Shown in pieces: positions 1-15,488 of a DNA stretch of 64,000 bases. Position numbers and translations under genes: made by a program. The DNA is from Syncephalis fuscata S228 (taxonomy: Eukaryota > Fungi > Zoopagomycota), in contig JAHLTZ010000016.1 of the NCBI GenBank assembly GCA_025786725.1, forward strand, positions 62,001 through 126,000, read 5' to 3'. The notes beneath the pieces are model-generated. The model ran no database searches. It worked only from the letters and a program-made list of their open reading frames with translations, and was not told the origin of the DNA. The first letter of the stretch is position 1, and every line of letters begins with the position of its first letter.

Positions 1-369
1 AGTATGTTACATTGTTTATTTAAATGTTTAATATTATTATTAATATAATGGCCTATTACATTTAATTATATTCTATGGAAACGATACTAATATTATATTA
101 GATTAATGTTTATTGTAAATGATTATTTAAACACAATTCAATTTAATCAAATTATTACGATCGATTGCGTAAAAAGATTGCTGCCTGGTGGATTAAAATA
201 GATATTTACCAAAAATAAATTAAATTCAAATATCAATAAAATAAAACATTTTTCTTCTTTTTTATTTCTAATCGCTTTAGTTATCGTGTGTGCGTACACG
301 CTTGTGTTTGCGTGTCTGTACTGATTGGCGTCGTGCATTTCTATTTACTTCTTCTTCTTCTTGTTCATC

Positions 370-3003
<2,634 letters not shown>

Positions 3004-3147
3004 TAGATGCGATGCATTATATAAATCAAAGCGCAAATTTACAATAAACACGCTATGATTGTATGTCAATTGAACAAATGAATGTATTTTAGTCAATAAT
3101 ATTAGTATAAAGCATAGCTGTTGTGTTAAATAGCTAAATAGTTTGTT

Positions 3148-4104
3148 TTAATTGCTTTCTTGCTCGTTTGTAAGTTGTTGTTGTTGTTGTTGATTCGCTT
3201 TCCATTCCTCGATACCTTCAACACCAATCTTGCCATCGATACTGACTCCGTCAAGTACCCGTTTTAACTCATCAAGACGTTCTTTACCTTGTACGTCATC
3301 AATACTATTTGATGAATCGCGGTAGTGGGATAGTAGATCGGTTAGTGTACGGGCATATGGCTTCTCTGGATTATTAAAGAATCCATCAATTTTTGCTTCC
3401 AAGTTGGCTTCTGTAACAAAATCGGCCGATCGATGAAACAGTTCAACTAGTGCGTCAGAACGTTGTCGTGATAATTCAGAACTACGGGCCAAGTAATTCG
3501 CGCGTCTCTCCTCCGACGTATCAATATCAATACGCTTTGGTTGACGTAGTGGCATACCAGAAATAGGTGAGAAAATACCTTGTGGCTCAGCAAACAACTT
3601 TTCGGGTGAGAAAGCATCGTTGCTTTTATCGTTGCTCATAGTAGTAGTGGTAGTAGCATGATTACGGCCATGCTTTCTATGGATTGCCGCGTGTTTTCTT
3701 TTGGCTGCTTGAACGCGTGCCAATTCGCGTTCTTGTCGTTCTAGACTTGCTTGCTTGCGATCAATCTCGGCAGTGAGTACATCACGCGCATATTGATGGC
3801 GTAATCCAGTCATGGCAGCACGCTGTTGAGCTGCTTCACCTTTACTGCGCTTTTGCTTCGAAGGTGTTGGTAGATCGGCGAGTTGACGATCGGGTTTAGG
3901 AGGTTCTGGCGCCCGACTACTCTTAGGTGGTGGATTAAATCCAGGTACGTAGCCATATCGGCCGTGTTTGTAATCTGGCTTTGACGTGTCATTAGAGCTA
4001 GCCGTTGTTGATTCGGAACGATATTGGCCCGCAAGCAAATAACGGCCCTCAATAGGAACGGTAGGTATACACCGTGACCAGTGACGGGTCGTAACACGAA
4101 TCAT
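3148..4104 (-). CDS. Probable mitochondrial protein, possibly mitoribosomal small-subunit mS26-like
   Basis: Arg-rich presequence-like N-terminus, coiled coil, and ALVELFHRSADFVTEANLEAKIDGFF segment resembling fungal mS26 (from memory); intronless 318 aa. Confidence 0.5.
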   Translation of the reverse strand: MIRVTTRHWSRCIPTVPIEGRYLLAGQYRSESTTASSNDTSKPDYKHGRYGYVPGFNPPPKSSRAPEPPKPDRQLADLPTPSKQKRSKGEAAQQRAAMTGLRHQYARDVLTAEIDRKQASLERQERELARVQAAKRKHAAIHRKHGRNHATTTTTMSNDKSNDAFSPEKLFAEPQGIFSPISGMPLRQPKRIDIDTSEERRANYLARSSELSRQRSDALVELFHRSADFVTEANLEAKIDGFFNNPEKPYARTLTDLLSHYRDSSNSIDDVQGKERLDELKRVLDGVSIDGKIGVEGIEEWKANQQQQQQLTNEQESN

Positions 4105-4399
4105 GACAATTTCAAAGAAGAAAGAAAGAAGAAAATAGTAAAATATTTAAATCAAAACTAAAAGAATAGTATCAATAAAATGTTAATAACTAATTAATTA
4201 ATTAATTAATTAAACGGTTACATGTACGGTTATTTAATTATCTATTATAGTTGCAATGCTTAATAGTGCTTTAATAGACTAAAAGAAAAAGACACAGTTA
4301 TGAATAGCATTCTTGCTATAGTAAAGCTAGTTGGATTAATCGCATATTGTATATATGTTATATATGTATATATACATTGCATGCCCAATCTTATTTAGT

Positions 4400-6055
4400 C
4401 TATTGCTTGACGCGAGTGGCCAATAAGCCTTGTTCAACACGACGACCGTATTCAGCATCAGCACGCTTAAAGTGAGCAAGCATACGATCTTGAATCGACA
4501 CCTTAGCGCCACCAAGCGCACCAACAATGTTAGAAATAAGTCGGCTCTTTTGGTCGGGTGTTTGTAAGCGGTAGAGTTGACCGGCTTGAACAAAGTCATC
4601 GTCTACTAGATCAACAACATGTCGGCCAGTAAAGCCGTTCAACTTCTCTGCCGCATGCATATCAGAGGCAACAGCAGTTTGTTGCGGTCCACTGAAGCTA
4701 TTAGGCTCATAGTTGGGTGCGACACCGCCATTGCCATTAACACTCATAAGACCATCACGTTGATGGTTGGCTACACGAGTAGCATATGGTGTATTAATAG
4801 GGATTTGGTGATAATTGACACCCAAACGATGACGATGCGTATCTGGATAGCTGAACAAGCGACCTTGAAGCATTTTATCGTGTGATACATCCATGCCAGG
4901 CACTAGATGGGATGGCGAAAAGGCGGCTTGTTCAACTTCAGCAAAGTAGTTTTCTGGATTACGATTCAATACAAATTTGCCGATTTGTTGGAGTGGATAA
5001 TCGCTATGAGGCCACACCTTAGTGACATCAAATGGATTCCAGCGGTAATGAGCTGCATCTTCTGGCTCCATTACTTGGACGTGGACAGTCCACGATGGAT
5101 AGTCGCCTCGTTCAATGGCCTGGAAGAGGTCTTGTGTGGCGTAGTCGGGATTGTTACCAGCCAATTTACCAGCTTCTTCAGCTGTAAAGTTCTTAATACC
5201 TTGATCGGTCTTGAAATGCCACTTGACGTATTTGAACTTGCCCTCAGCATCAACCATCTTAAGCGTATGGCTAGAAAAGCCATCCATATGACGGTATCCC
5301 TATAAACAACAACGGCCATTAGTCAGTAACCTGAATATGGCCATCAGTATTGATAACCTACATCCGGAGTACCACGGTCAGAGAAAAGAATAGTAACTTG
5401 ATGAATAGACTCTGGTACTAGACTAAGGAAATCCCAGAACATATTTGGATCGGGTAAATTAGTTTGTGGATTACGCTTTTGAGTGTGAATAAAATCTATT
5501 AATATTAATAAATGTTAATTGATGTTAATTGTTATTTACTAATCAGTGTAATCTACCTGGAAACTTGGATGGATCACGAATAAAGAACACAGGCGTGTTA
5601 TTACCGACCATATCCCAGTTGCCTATAATTAATGCACATCCATTAGTATTGGCAATTTAGTTAACCATCAAATCACCGCACTATATTGTGCAATACTTAC
5701 CTTCTTCGGTATAGAATTTAAGAGCAAAGCCGCGTGGATCACGAGCTGTATCGGCTGAACCTTTCTCGCCACCTACCGTCGAGAAACGAGCAAAGACAGG
5801 TGTACGCTTGCCAACACGGTCAAGGAATTTGGCGCGGCAAATATTGGAAAAGTCGTTTGTTACTTCAAAATAACCATGGGCACCGGCGCCCTTGGCGTGG
5901 ACTACACGTTCTGGAATACGCTCACGGTCAAAGTGGGCCAGCTTATCAATCAAGTGGAAGTCTTGAATAAGAACTGGACCATCGGCACCAGCGGTCATAG
6001 ACGTCTGGTTATTGTCGACGGGATTGCCGTTACTAGTAGTAAGCGTGGAGCTCAT
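4400..6055 (-). CDS. cat: Monofunctional small-subunit heme catalase; 4 exons (6055-5701, 5622-5557, 5495-5362, 5299-4400)
   Basis: [17 protein letters not shown] active-site signature, [25 protein letters not shown] heme ligand signature. Confidence 0.97.
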
Positions 6056-7170
6056 GGTTTCAATAAAGAGGGCCGATAGACGTGGGGCGTAAGTGTTTAA
6101 TCAGCAATATGGCTGTACAAGTAAGTAAGTGGTAACAATAACCAAAGTAAGTAGAAGAAGAAGAATGAGTGAGTGAGCAGTGGAGGGATACGTAGGCACG
6201 ATAAAAGGCGCCTTAGTATAGCTGTATCTGTGTTAGTGTCGGTGTCGGTGAGTGTGTGAAAATAAACATAGAGCAAACTAGCTTTACTGTAACTACAATT
6301 ACTACAAGTTATTACTGTGTGTGTGTGTTAGCAACAAGCACTACACCTGTGGAACTTATACAGCCGAGTTCCAATCATATTACGTCTTTCTCTCGTGCTA
6401 TAGGCGATACATCCAAATACGGATCCGGGTTTACCGCGATATGTTTGCTAATGTCTCAACTACTCCGTCGATGTTATGCCACTCGGTTAGTGAGAAGCCG
6501 ATCTGTATCCGATTTGTTTCGTTTATTATTATCACGTGTCTAGAACCATTTAGCGTAAATGAACTCATTAATCCATAAAAAATAATGTTTTTTAATATCT
6601 TAACATATTGAACTGTATTTTAATTGGTTTTAATTGGTATTGCTATAAATTGAATTTATTAAAGTAAATTGGCATCAATATATCTTTAAATCAATGCTGC
6701 TTACTTAATTATTCAAATACTTGGCTTATTATTTAAATGATGGTAATTAATGTAAACTAAGCATAAACTTGAAGGTACATAATACAAGAAGTAAATATTC
6801 ACGTAGGACTAAAATAAAACGTGTAATGATCTGGAATATGCAATATTAAGCTATGAATATGAAATCGTACTACAACTATTGGTTATTATTGATCAATTTA
6901 AAGTATTAAAATAATAAATTACTATACTTATTATAGAACTATAAACTGTGATCTATCAATATATTAATCGTCATCGTCACTGTGACCTCTTTAACTGTTG
7001 GTTACCAGTTTATTATTGGCACAATACGTACAATAGCTTCAATTATTTAGTATAATACTGTATTGTGCCACTCTTTCCTCCACAACAATAGCTCAGCTCA
7101 TTTCCATTTGTCTACGTCGCTTTTTGTTTCCATAACAGTATAACGTTGTATTGGTGTGTTTGTCGCTAAT

Positions 7171-9483
7171 ATGGAAGATCACGAAAAAACACCTTTACTA
7201 CCGAGTTATAATGACTCTCCTGCTACAGTAATTCCTATGCCATCAAATGAACACTTGCTCGACGATGACGACGACGACGACCAAGCCTCGGTACAATCGG
7301 TGGTGCCGATTCACCAGCCAAAGCCTATTTATCCAGCAGCAACGCCAATCAGTGCAGACCATAGTCGCAATTCGCCATCGCATCCTTCATTAGTAGGCGG
7401 CCACAATCCAGGTATTTTAGGAGGTGCTGGAGCAATAGCAACTCCTCCACCGCGTAACAATACGCCACGGCTACTGCGTCAACGAGATCGATTCCGCTCG
7501 AATAGACCGTCAGCTCGCAATGTATTCTCCTGTCTAGGCGTTACACTACTTATATTTTTCCTCTATCTTACAGTGACATCACTGATGCATCCACCGCCTA
7601 TGGGACCAGGCCGCAAGTCTGGTATTGATGTTGGTGTACGTCATATATTCGATGAAACATTAAATTCGCGGTAAGCTATGGCTAGTTATATAATAGAAAT
7701 TGCGTTAATTGGTTATAATAATAGACGTGTATGGGATCGATTGGCCGAAATGACTGATTTATATGGGCCACGTATTATTGGCTCAGAAGCATTGGAAAAG
7801 GTAAGTAAATATTTAATAATTTACAATGCTAATATGATATGTAGAGTATTGATTGGATGGTGACAATGATGGAAAGTGATAATTTAACTACAATGACAGA
7901 AGAAGTTGAGGTGATTTAATTAAATGGATTGATATTATAGTGTACTCTATTAATATTAATATTGACAATATATAGGTTGATTATTGGCAACGAAATGAAG
8001 AGTCAGCTGTACTTATTTTGCCCACTCGTCCACCTAAAAAACTGGCTATGCTTGGTCTAGGTGGATCAGTTGGCACAGGACCTGAGGGTATTGAAGCAGA
8101 AGTGGTTGTTGTAGATGATATTGCTCAATTGGCAACGATGGGCAACGATACGATATCTGGTAAAATTGTTCTTTTTGATACAGTTTGGAAGAACTATCAA
8201 ACAACGGTGCCTTCACAATCTCGCGGTGCTTTAGAAGCAGAGAATTATGGTAAATAGTAAAGTAAATAATAGTTTAATTAAATAGTTTTAACACTATTAT
8301 ATTGTTAGGTGCAAAGGCTGTACTTGTACGATCGGTTACTCCATATTCACTTGGAACGCCACATACAGGTCAGATGTCCCCATCGAGGTAATTAAACACG
8401 CCAAAACCTGATATCTAGTTAACGCTATATAATCTAGTATTCCAGCTGCAGCTATTACAACAGAAGATGCAGACTATATACGGCGAGTTTACAATCGCTA
8501 TTTAACCGCCCAAAATGACACCTCGCCATTCAAGGATGATTTTGTTGCACCTCGTGTTAAACTAATGATGGGAGCAACACTTGAGCCAAATGGACGCAAG
8601 ACACGTAATATTATTGCAGAGGTAAAAGGACGAATTCATCCAGAAGAAGTGGTTATTATTAGTGGCCATATTGATTCGTAAGTAATAGAATAGACGTACA
8701 ATGACTTTTGCTAACACATTAATAGCTGGGATGTGGGATCTGGTGCGGTCGATGATGGTGCTGGCTTTTTTATTGCTTGGGAAGCATTGCGTGCTATATC
8801 CACCTATGCTATGGCACCACGTCGAACAAGTAAGTATAATGCACTAGATCTATAGCATTAGAAGCTTATTACTCTATAGTACGTGTTGTTGGCTGGACGG
8901 GCGAAGAGACGAAGCAATGGGGAGCCCATGCTTATATGAATAGCCATAAAAAGGAAATACCCAATCACGTATTTGCTCTTGAATCGGATACTGGCGTGTT
9001 TACACCATGGGGTATTATAGCAACAGGTACCGACCATTCAATGGCTATTCTTCACGAAGTCGGTGAACGGTTCCTCAGTGGCGTGGGAGGCGGCAATGTT
9101 AGTAGAACAGGTATGTAGCTATCTAATAGATTACGGCCATGCTAATGATCATAATTAGATGTAGGGGAAAGTGATCTGGGTCCATTAGCCAAAGCTGGTG
9201 TTCCTTGTGCCGGTTTCTTTAGTATAGATCCTATTACACGTAATGCGCCCACTACAGCTGGTGTGGAAACCTATTTCCGCTACCATCATTCGTAAGTTGC
9301 ATTGTCCATTAAACGATCGCCTATTCATTATGCAATGATGATAGAGAAGCCGATGTCGTTTCGGTATTAAAACCGGAAGAATTGGCTGAAGGGGCAGCAA
9401 GTATAGGCACATGGGCCTATGTAGTGGCCGAGATGGAGGACCGTTTGGACCGTAACGAATCTGATGAGGTGCAGGAATTATAA
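7171..9483 (+). CDS. CPQ: Carboxypeptidase Q-like M28 metallopeptidase, type II membrane topology, multi-exon
   Basis: RLAEMTDLYGPRIIGSEALEK, YWQRNEESA, MLGLGGSVGT, PA domain, SGHIDSWDVGSGAVDDGAG, WTGEE, ALESDTG, YFRYHH; TM segment near 7530-7590. Confidence 0.88.
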
Positions 9484-9739
9484 CAATTTGATTTGCGAAA
9501 AGCAATTAAGTTTGTTGTAGTATGAAGAATATATAAAATATATTGTTGTCATTATTATAACATATGAAGTTGAAAATAAATAGCTAGCAATTAACGTTAA
9601 ACGCAGTATAAATTAAACAATTTATATATTATATTTAGTTGGGCAAGTTTGTTTGTATTACTGTAGTAAAAAAGCTAAATTGATTGATTGTAAAAGATTC
9701 TGCTGCACTTGTACAATTTAGCGAGTACGAATGTTTACG

Positions 9740-10903
9740 CTATTTGCACAAGCGCTCACCTTTATCGGTCAATCGAATAAACAACCCGGATGCAGTGTTG
9801 AATCTAAATTGATTATAAATAAAACTTATTGTGATCCGGATAGACTCACTTTTCTATTTGATCAGCGCCTAGCATGTCCCAAACTAGATATTGGTTTTGA
9901 ATCAGTGTAGCGCGTCGTAGCTGCTTTCCGACTACTTGCTATTAAACGTGCATTAGTAATTATGAATAAAATTAGAATAAGCAATCAATAGCCTACATCC
10001 ATAGGTGCTTGTCGATAACGACGACGACGTAGCCATTGTGCCAACTCACGTCGACCATTGCGTAATTGTACGGCAAATCGGCCAATATTCGGTATTGATA
10101 GACCGTAGGTATCTGAGCCCATAGTAACAAGAAATCCTGATGCTACAAGCAAACTTAACTGCTCATCAGCATTTTTTAAGTAACGACGTAGCGTTTGTTC
10201 GTTCAACAAACATTCAAATAGTGCACCACTCGTAGCAGCTTTACCTAAACTTTCTATTAATCGTTGCTATTGTTAGTAAACAATAATTTGTTTTGTTTCG
10301 TTAACATTTACCTAATGCCTCGCGACAATCGGCACTAGTACTTGGGCGTGAACAAGCTTTTTGAATTAATTGATTAAAATCGGTTGACCGCATTATAGCT
10401 TGTTCCTCTTCCTCAGCACCCACACTTAAACCAACAAAGTGGCCACTTTTAAAAAGGCGATCCTATAATACATTTGATGAATATGATGGTCAGCATTGCA
10501 GTACTTACAATTGTGCGATCGATATTAGTGGCATCCAGCGCTGCTATGCCATTATTGTCTTCGTCTGTTACTACATATAGTTGGTGTCGAGTAAATAATC
10601 GAGGTAGAGTTGTATCGACATTGCTTTTCTTTAAAATTTCTTTAGGATGTATACGACTATTAATAGTTGATTAATGAATTTGGTCAATTCTCCTTCAATA
10701 GCATTGTTGTTTGATTGCTTTAATAATGATCGATCAGCATGATTATCTTGGTGATGATGAGTATTATTTTCTTCAAAATCATTTCCGATATTGTCTAATG
10801 CTTTAAATCGCTTTGATGGAATAGCTACGGGTTCGGTTGTGATGCTATCATTTTTACTTGTTCCAGAATCTAGTATACTGGGACTTATTGAACGCTTGCT
10901 CAT
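9740..10903 (-). CDS. STK19: STK19-like protein, multi-exon
   Basis: LPRLFTRHQLY, LSLLVASGFL...YGLSIPNIGRF...GRRELAQWLRRRRYRQ, FNTASGLFIRL C-terminus. Confidence 0.75.
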
Positions 10904-11622
10904 TGTATATCACTAAAAGATGACGGATAGACAGTAATTAAAATAATAAAAAATGAAAGGGGAGAAGATACCAGCTGATGAATAATGTGGCAATGCTGTA
11001 GTAATATGTATGACAATTAGTCATCACCATTCTATAAACAATAACGTTTACATCACATTATGGCTAATACCATCAACAATCCTATTTTTACTGCATCTAT
11101 ACTTAGCCTTTGTGATTAGCAGTTGTAATATATTCATGATTTTTATGATAGATAATATACAACAATTTAACACCACTATACACCAGATTTCTAATCAATA
11201 TTTATTACATTATAACCAAATATTATTTAGCAAAAAGTAGAATGAGAAGCGAGTTGATAAAGTACAATTCTAGCAGTAAGTTGGCATGATTTATCTAAGC
11301 TACAGCAATGACAAACACAAAATACTGTTTGGTGGATACACTGTAAACATAATTTATATAAAAATACAGCCATTATAAAGAATATCATGTGGCCACAACT
11401 TACATCCATTAAAATATATTATAGAATTTTATGTAAGCAAATACTGCGTTGTCCACTGAAGCTGGAGTATACATTATTGGCGTATACGATAATAACATCA
11501 ATTGTTAATTACTGTTGGTAATTCTGGTGTCTATATAAGTATATAATTATGTGATTGTACCATATAATCTTAATAAAATAACTAGTGTTACGTAATAATA
11601 ACAACATAAACTAGCTAGCTTT

Positions 11623-13376
11623 TAAGAATACCGCGTTCCCAAGAGAAAATAGGATGAGAGATGGTGCGTGTGCTTTACGAGTATTTAAACAATTACATTA
11701 GACACATAGAATAACGAATTCAAATCGCTATACGTAGCAGCTGCTTTTATTGATATTCAGAAGCTCAAAAATGCTGCGCGTATATACAATAAGATAAAAA
11801 AAAGAATTGCTTTATTATAATTTATATGGCTGTTGAGCAGTGCAATATGTAACTACGCTGTTTAAACCAATGTTTAGCTTTTTAGTAAAGTTGAAAGAAT
11901 AGTAAGAAAGATGGTGTTTGTTAAATAACAATAGAAAAGAAGTAAATAAGCATTATATTATTAATTGGCCACGTGCTAATATATTCGTTATTTAGACTGA
12001 TGGCTATATTATGATGATAATTGTCTTAGTAATGTTTGCAATTACCACATTCCTGTGGCGTAAAATAATGGATAAAAAGATATAATATTAGTCACAATTA
12101 TAACAATAACTTTACGTATAATCAAGCAAACTGCATGATATTTTGCACAAGCATGCACATGACATACAGACAACTATTAGCGAAGTATACCGTAGTTGTG
12201 TTGCGGTATAGACCAATGGTTGCGATAATACGCTAATAAATGTGCAAAAATGGCCGTTTTTTGCCATTTATGGCTTGTGTAAACAAAATACAGCAAAATG
12301 ATTGCTGGATTCGAGTTGTCCATGCTTAGTTATACACATTGGTATGTTTTATAGAACAATGATTTTTGCAAAAATGTTGGCCAAAAATGCAATTTACGTA
12401 ATATTTGCTAACAAAAACCTAAGTTATATGTATATCAGTAGCATAAATTGCCACTTTACAGCAATATTTCTGCATATTAAATTGCCATTATGCTTGTTTT
12501 GGCGTTGTGAATGCTTTAATTTACTTTATGCCAATTTGATTTTTAATATTAAAATCTTTAAAATCGTATAACTTTAATTGCTTTTGTTAGCAAATATTAC
12601 GTAAATTGCATTTTTGGCCAACATTTTTGCAAAAATCATTGTTCTATAAAACATACCAATGTGTATAACTAAGCATGGACAACTCGAATCCAGCAATCAT
12701 TTTGCTGTATTTTGTTTACACAAGCCATAAATGGTAAAAAAACGGCCATTTTTGCACATTTATTAGCGTATTATCGCAACCATTGGTCTATACCGCAACA
12801 CAACTACGGTATACTTCGCTAATAGTTGTCTGTATGTCATGTGCATGCTTGTGCAAAATATCATGCAGTTTGCTTGATTATACGTAAAGTTATTGTTATA
12901 ATTGTGACTAATATTATATCTTTTTATCCATTATTTTACGCCACAGGAATGTGGTAATTGCAAACATTACTAAGACAATTATCATCATAATATAGCCATC
13001 AGTCTAAATAACGAATATATTAGCACGTGGCCAATTAATAATATAATGCTTATTTACTTCTTTTCTATTGTTATTTAACAAACACCATCTTTCTTACTAT
13101 TCTTTCAACTTTACTAAAAAGCTAAACATTGGTTTAAACAGCGTAGTTACATATTGCACTGCTCAACAGCCATATAAATTATAATAAAGCAATTCTTTTT
13201 TTTATCTTATTGTATATACGCGCAGCATTTTTGAGCTTCTGAATATCAATAAAAGCAGCTGCTACGTATAGCGATTTGAATTCGTTATTCTATGTGTCTA
13301 ATGTAATTGTTTAAATACTCGTAAAGCACACGCACCATCTCTCATCCTATTTTCTCTTGGAAACGCGGTATTCTTA
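11623..13376. repeat. Palindrome P1: arms 11623-12416 and 12582-13376 (~795 bp), 165-bp spacer
   Basis: Right arm is the reverse complement of the left arm with only a few substitutions and one indel seen. Confidence 0.97.
12112..12887. mobile_element. 776-bp foldback/MITE-like core, copy 1 (~305-bp inverted arms plus spacer)
   Basis: Near-identical to 16020-16795; non-coding; no transposase or TSD identifiable. Confidence 0.55.
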
Positions 13377-13427
13377 TACAAAAACAGTCACACCATGTGG
13401 CTGGTGCAAAAATTTAACGATGCAAAA

Positions 13428-13499
13428 TGGAGGTAACGGGGTTTGAACCCGTGGCCTCTCGCATGCAAAGCGAGCGCGCTACCACTGCGCTATACCCCC
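13428..13499 (-). tRNA. tRNA-Ala(UGC)
   Basis: GGGGGTATAGCGCAGTGGTAGCGCGCTCGCTTTGCATGCGAGAGGCCACGGGTTCAAACCCCGTTACCTCCA; G3:U70 pair present. Confidence 0.96.
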
Positions 13500-14299
13500 A
13501 TGGGAAAGCACCTGCTTGCAATTTTACAATTTTTTAAATATATATTCCTATTTTTATTTTTATTTTATTTACTTTTTATGTTGACTTTTTAAACAGTTAG
13601 TTTTACTATATAATTCACTAGTATTTACCCCCAAAATACTAGTTTTTTTTATGTATATTATGTTGTTATTTCAATTTAATGCTAGTAATATATTGTATAA
13701 ATATAAACATAATTTATTTTTAGTTATTTGACACAGCAGTTTATAACATACATTTTTAATTATTCATAATACAATTTGACTAATAATTTAAAAATAGTAA
13801 TTTAATTAAAAAGCTTCATCGATTTTGCATATAATTATAATTATATACTATTCAGAAATATTAAAATTACTTGTATACAAATCTAATGATAATTGATACT
13901 AGTTTGCTACTTAATCTTGCCACTGTTTACAGATAATTTGAATAAACAAGTGTATATAATAACAATTGTATAGAAACTAGAAACAAATACGATTTAGCAA
14001 TGCGGTAGTATTAGTTTGCAATCGTATTATACATATAGGTATATTTGATCAATCATATCGATGCTAATGTTAATAAAATAGTATTTAGCTAATTGTTACT
14101 TTATTAGTATAGCCATTCTTTAAATGTTAGCAACAAATAAATCAATCAATTAAATGGAGTTGCTAAAACCATATTAGTTTATCCTGCATGAGTTGGTCGA
14201 ATCAAATGACGAAAGTGAAGTAACAGTGCGATCTAAAACAGCACGAATGCGGGGAGGGGGAGGCCAATTTGTTTCGTTTTTATTCTCGTATCCTTTCAA

Positions 14300-15268
14300 A
14301 TGTCACTTTTTGAATCCGCAGCAGCAGCTTTACTTGCTCGCGCGCACAGAGATAGCGATGCGCTGCTTTCTCTGTCATGTGCATCTACACGGCAAAGAAT
14401 CGTCCTGCTGAGGGATTCTTTACCTCCTGAAGAGCTATGGCAGTGGCAACAAGAAGATTCCGCGACAGCAAACTGTGATGATACGCAGGCGCTTATTGAG
14501 CACTTATTCACACAGTCTTCAGTAAACGTATCGAAAGTACTTTCGCCAGCAACATTCCGAATAATCGATGGCGCCACACGAAGAGCACGTTTACGTTTTG
14601 CGGTAAAAAAGGTTGGCCAAATTAACAGCTCTCTTGCTGGCTTATCATATGAGTATTATATTATAATGGAGCGTGAGCCAGACGGTATATGGCGCTACTT
14701 TAATACTATTATTGAAAAGCATAGTACAACTATCAACGGAAACGACGGTAGTGCAACTAAATCAATAAAATCTGATTTATGGTTCGACTCTATTGGTATG
14801 GCAGAAGATGCAGCAAGACACGGAGGAAAGCCTGTAGGTACGGATGCTTTAACTACGGAAATAGCATTTGACAAACAAAATAACTATGTTGCCTATGGAC
14901 AACCGAGCATGTATGAAAACAACGAAAATGACGACGAGGATGACGACGACAATTATTGGGCAATGTACGATAGCAGCACGCCGGCCAAAGCATCGCTACC
15001 ATCTCGTGCCAATGTAGCTACTGAGGATGATTATTGGTCACGCTATGATGCTATTGACTCGCAAACACCTCCACCACGCAAAGATGGTGCTAAAGCAGCT
15101 CAAAGTAATGCGGCCAAACATGTTGTTCCTGATAATTCATCGCGTCAGCTATCAAGTATTGGTGACCCACGAGACGTACTACTACAGAATCTTCGTGTTT
15201 TACGACACATGGCTGAACGGATGGGCATTAACAAGAATGAATTCATTGAAATGGCACGACAAGCTTAA
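14300..15268 (+). CDS. Conserved fungal-type hypothetical protein with acidic DDDxYWxxYD motifs
   Basis: Intronless 322-aa ORF; two D-rich YW..YD motifs; C-terminal LRVLRHMAERMGINKNEF helix. Confidence 0.7.
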   Translation: MSLFESAAAALLARAHRDSDALLSLSCASTRQRIVLLRDSLPPEELWQWQQEDSATANCDDTQALIEHLFTQSSVNVSKVLSPATFRIIDGATRRARLRFAVKKVGQINSSLAGLSYEYYIIMEREPDGIWRYFNTIIEKHSTTINGNDGSATKSIKSDLWFDSIGMAEDAARHGGKPVGTDALTTEIAFDKQNNYVAYGQPSMYENNENDDEDDDDNYWAMYDSSTPAKASLPSRANVATEDDYWSRYDAIDSQTPPPRKDGAKAAQSNAAKHVVPDNSSRQLSSIGDPRDVLLQNLRVLRHMAERMGINKNEFIEMARQA

Positions 15269-15488
15269 AGGCATGCTTAGCATAAATGACAAGTAACTTA
15301 TAACTGTGATAAAATATAATTAACAATAAAATAAATATTAAATAACAGCAATTTATTGGTATAAAGTATTTCTATAGCTATTCAACAGATTGATGACATG
15401 AATTACTATCGTTACTTTTTATTATTTTGTTTAGTACCGATAGTAATTAAATTATTTATAATTTTAACTGCAAAATACCATTAAACAG

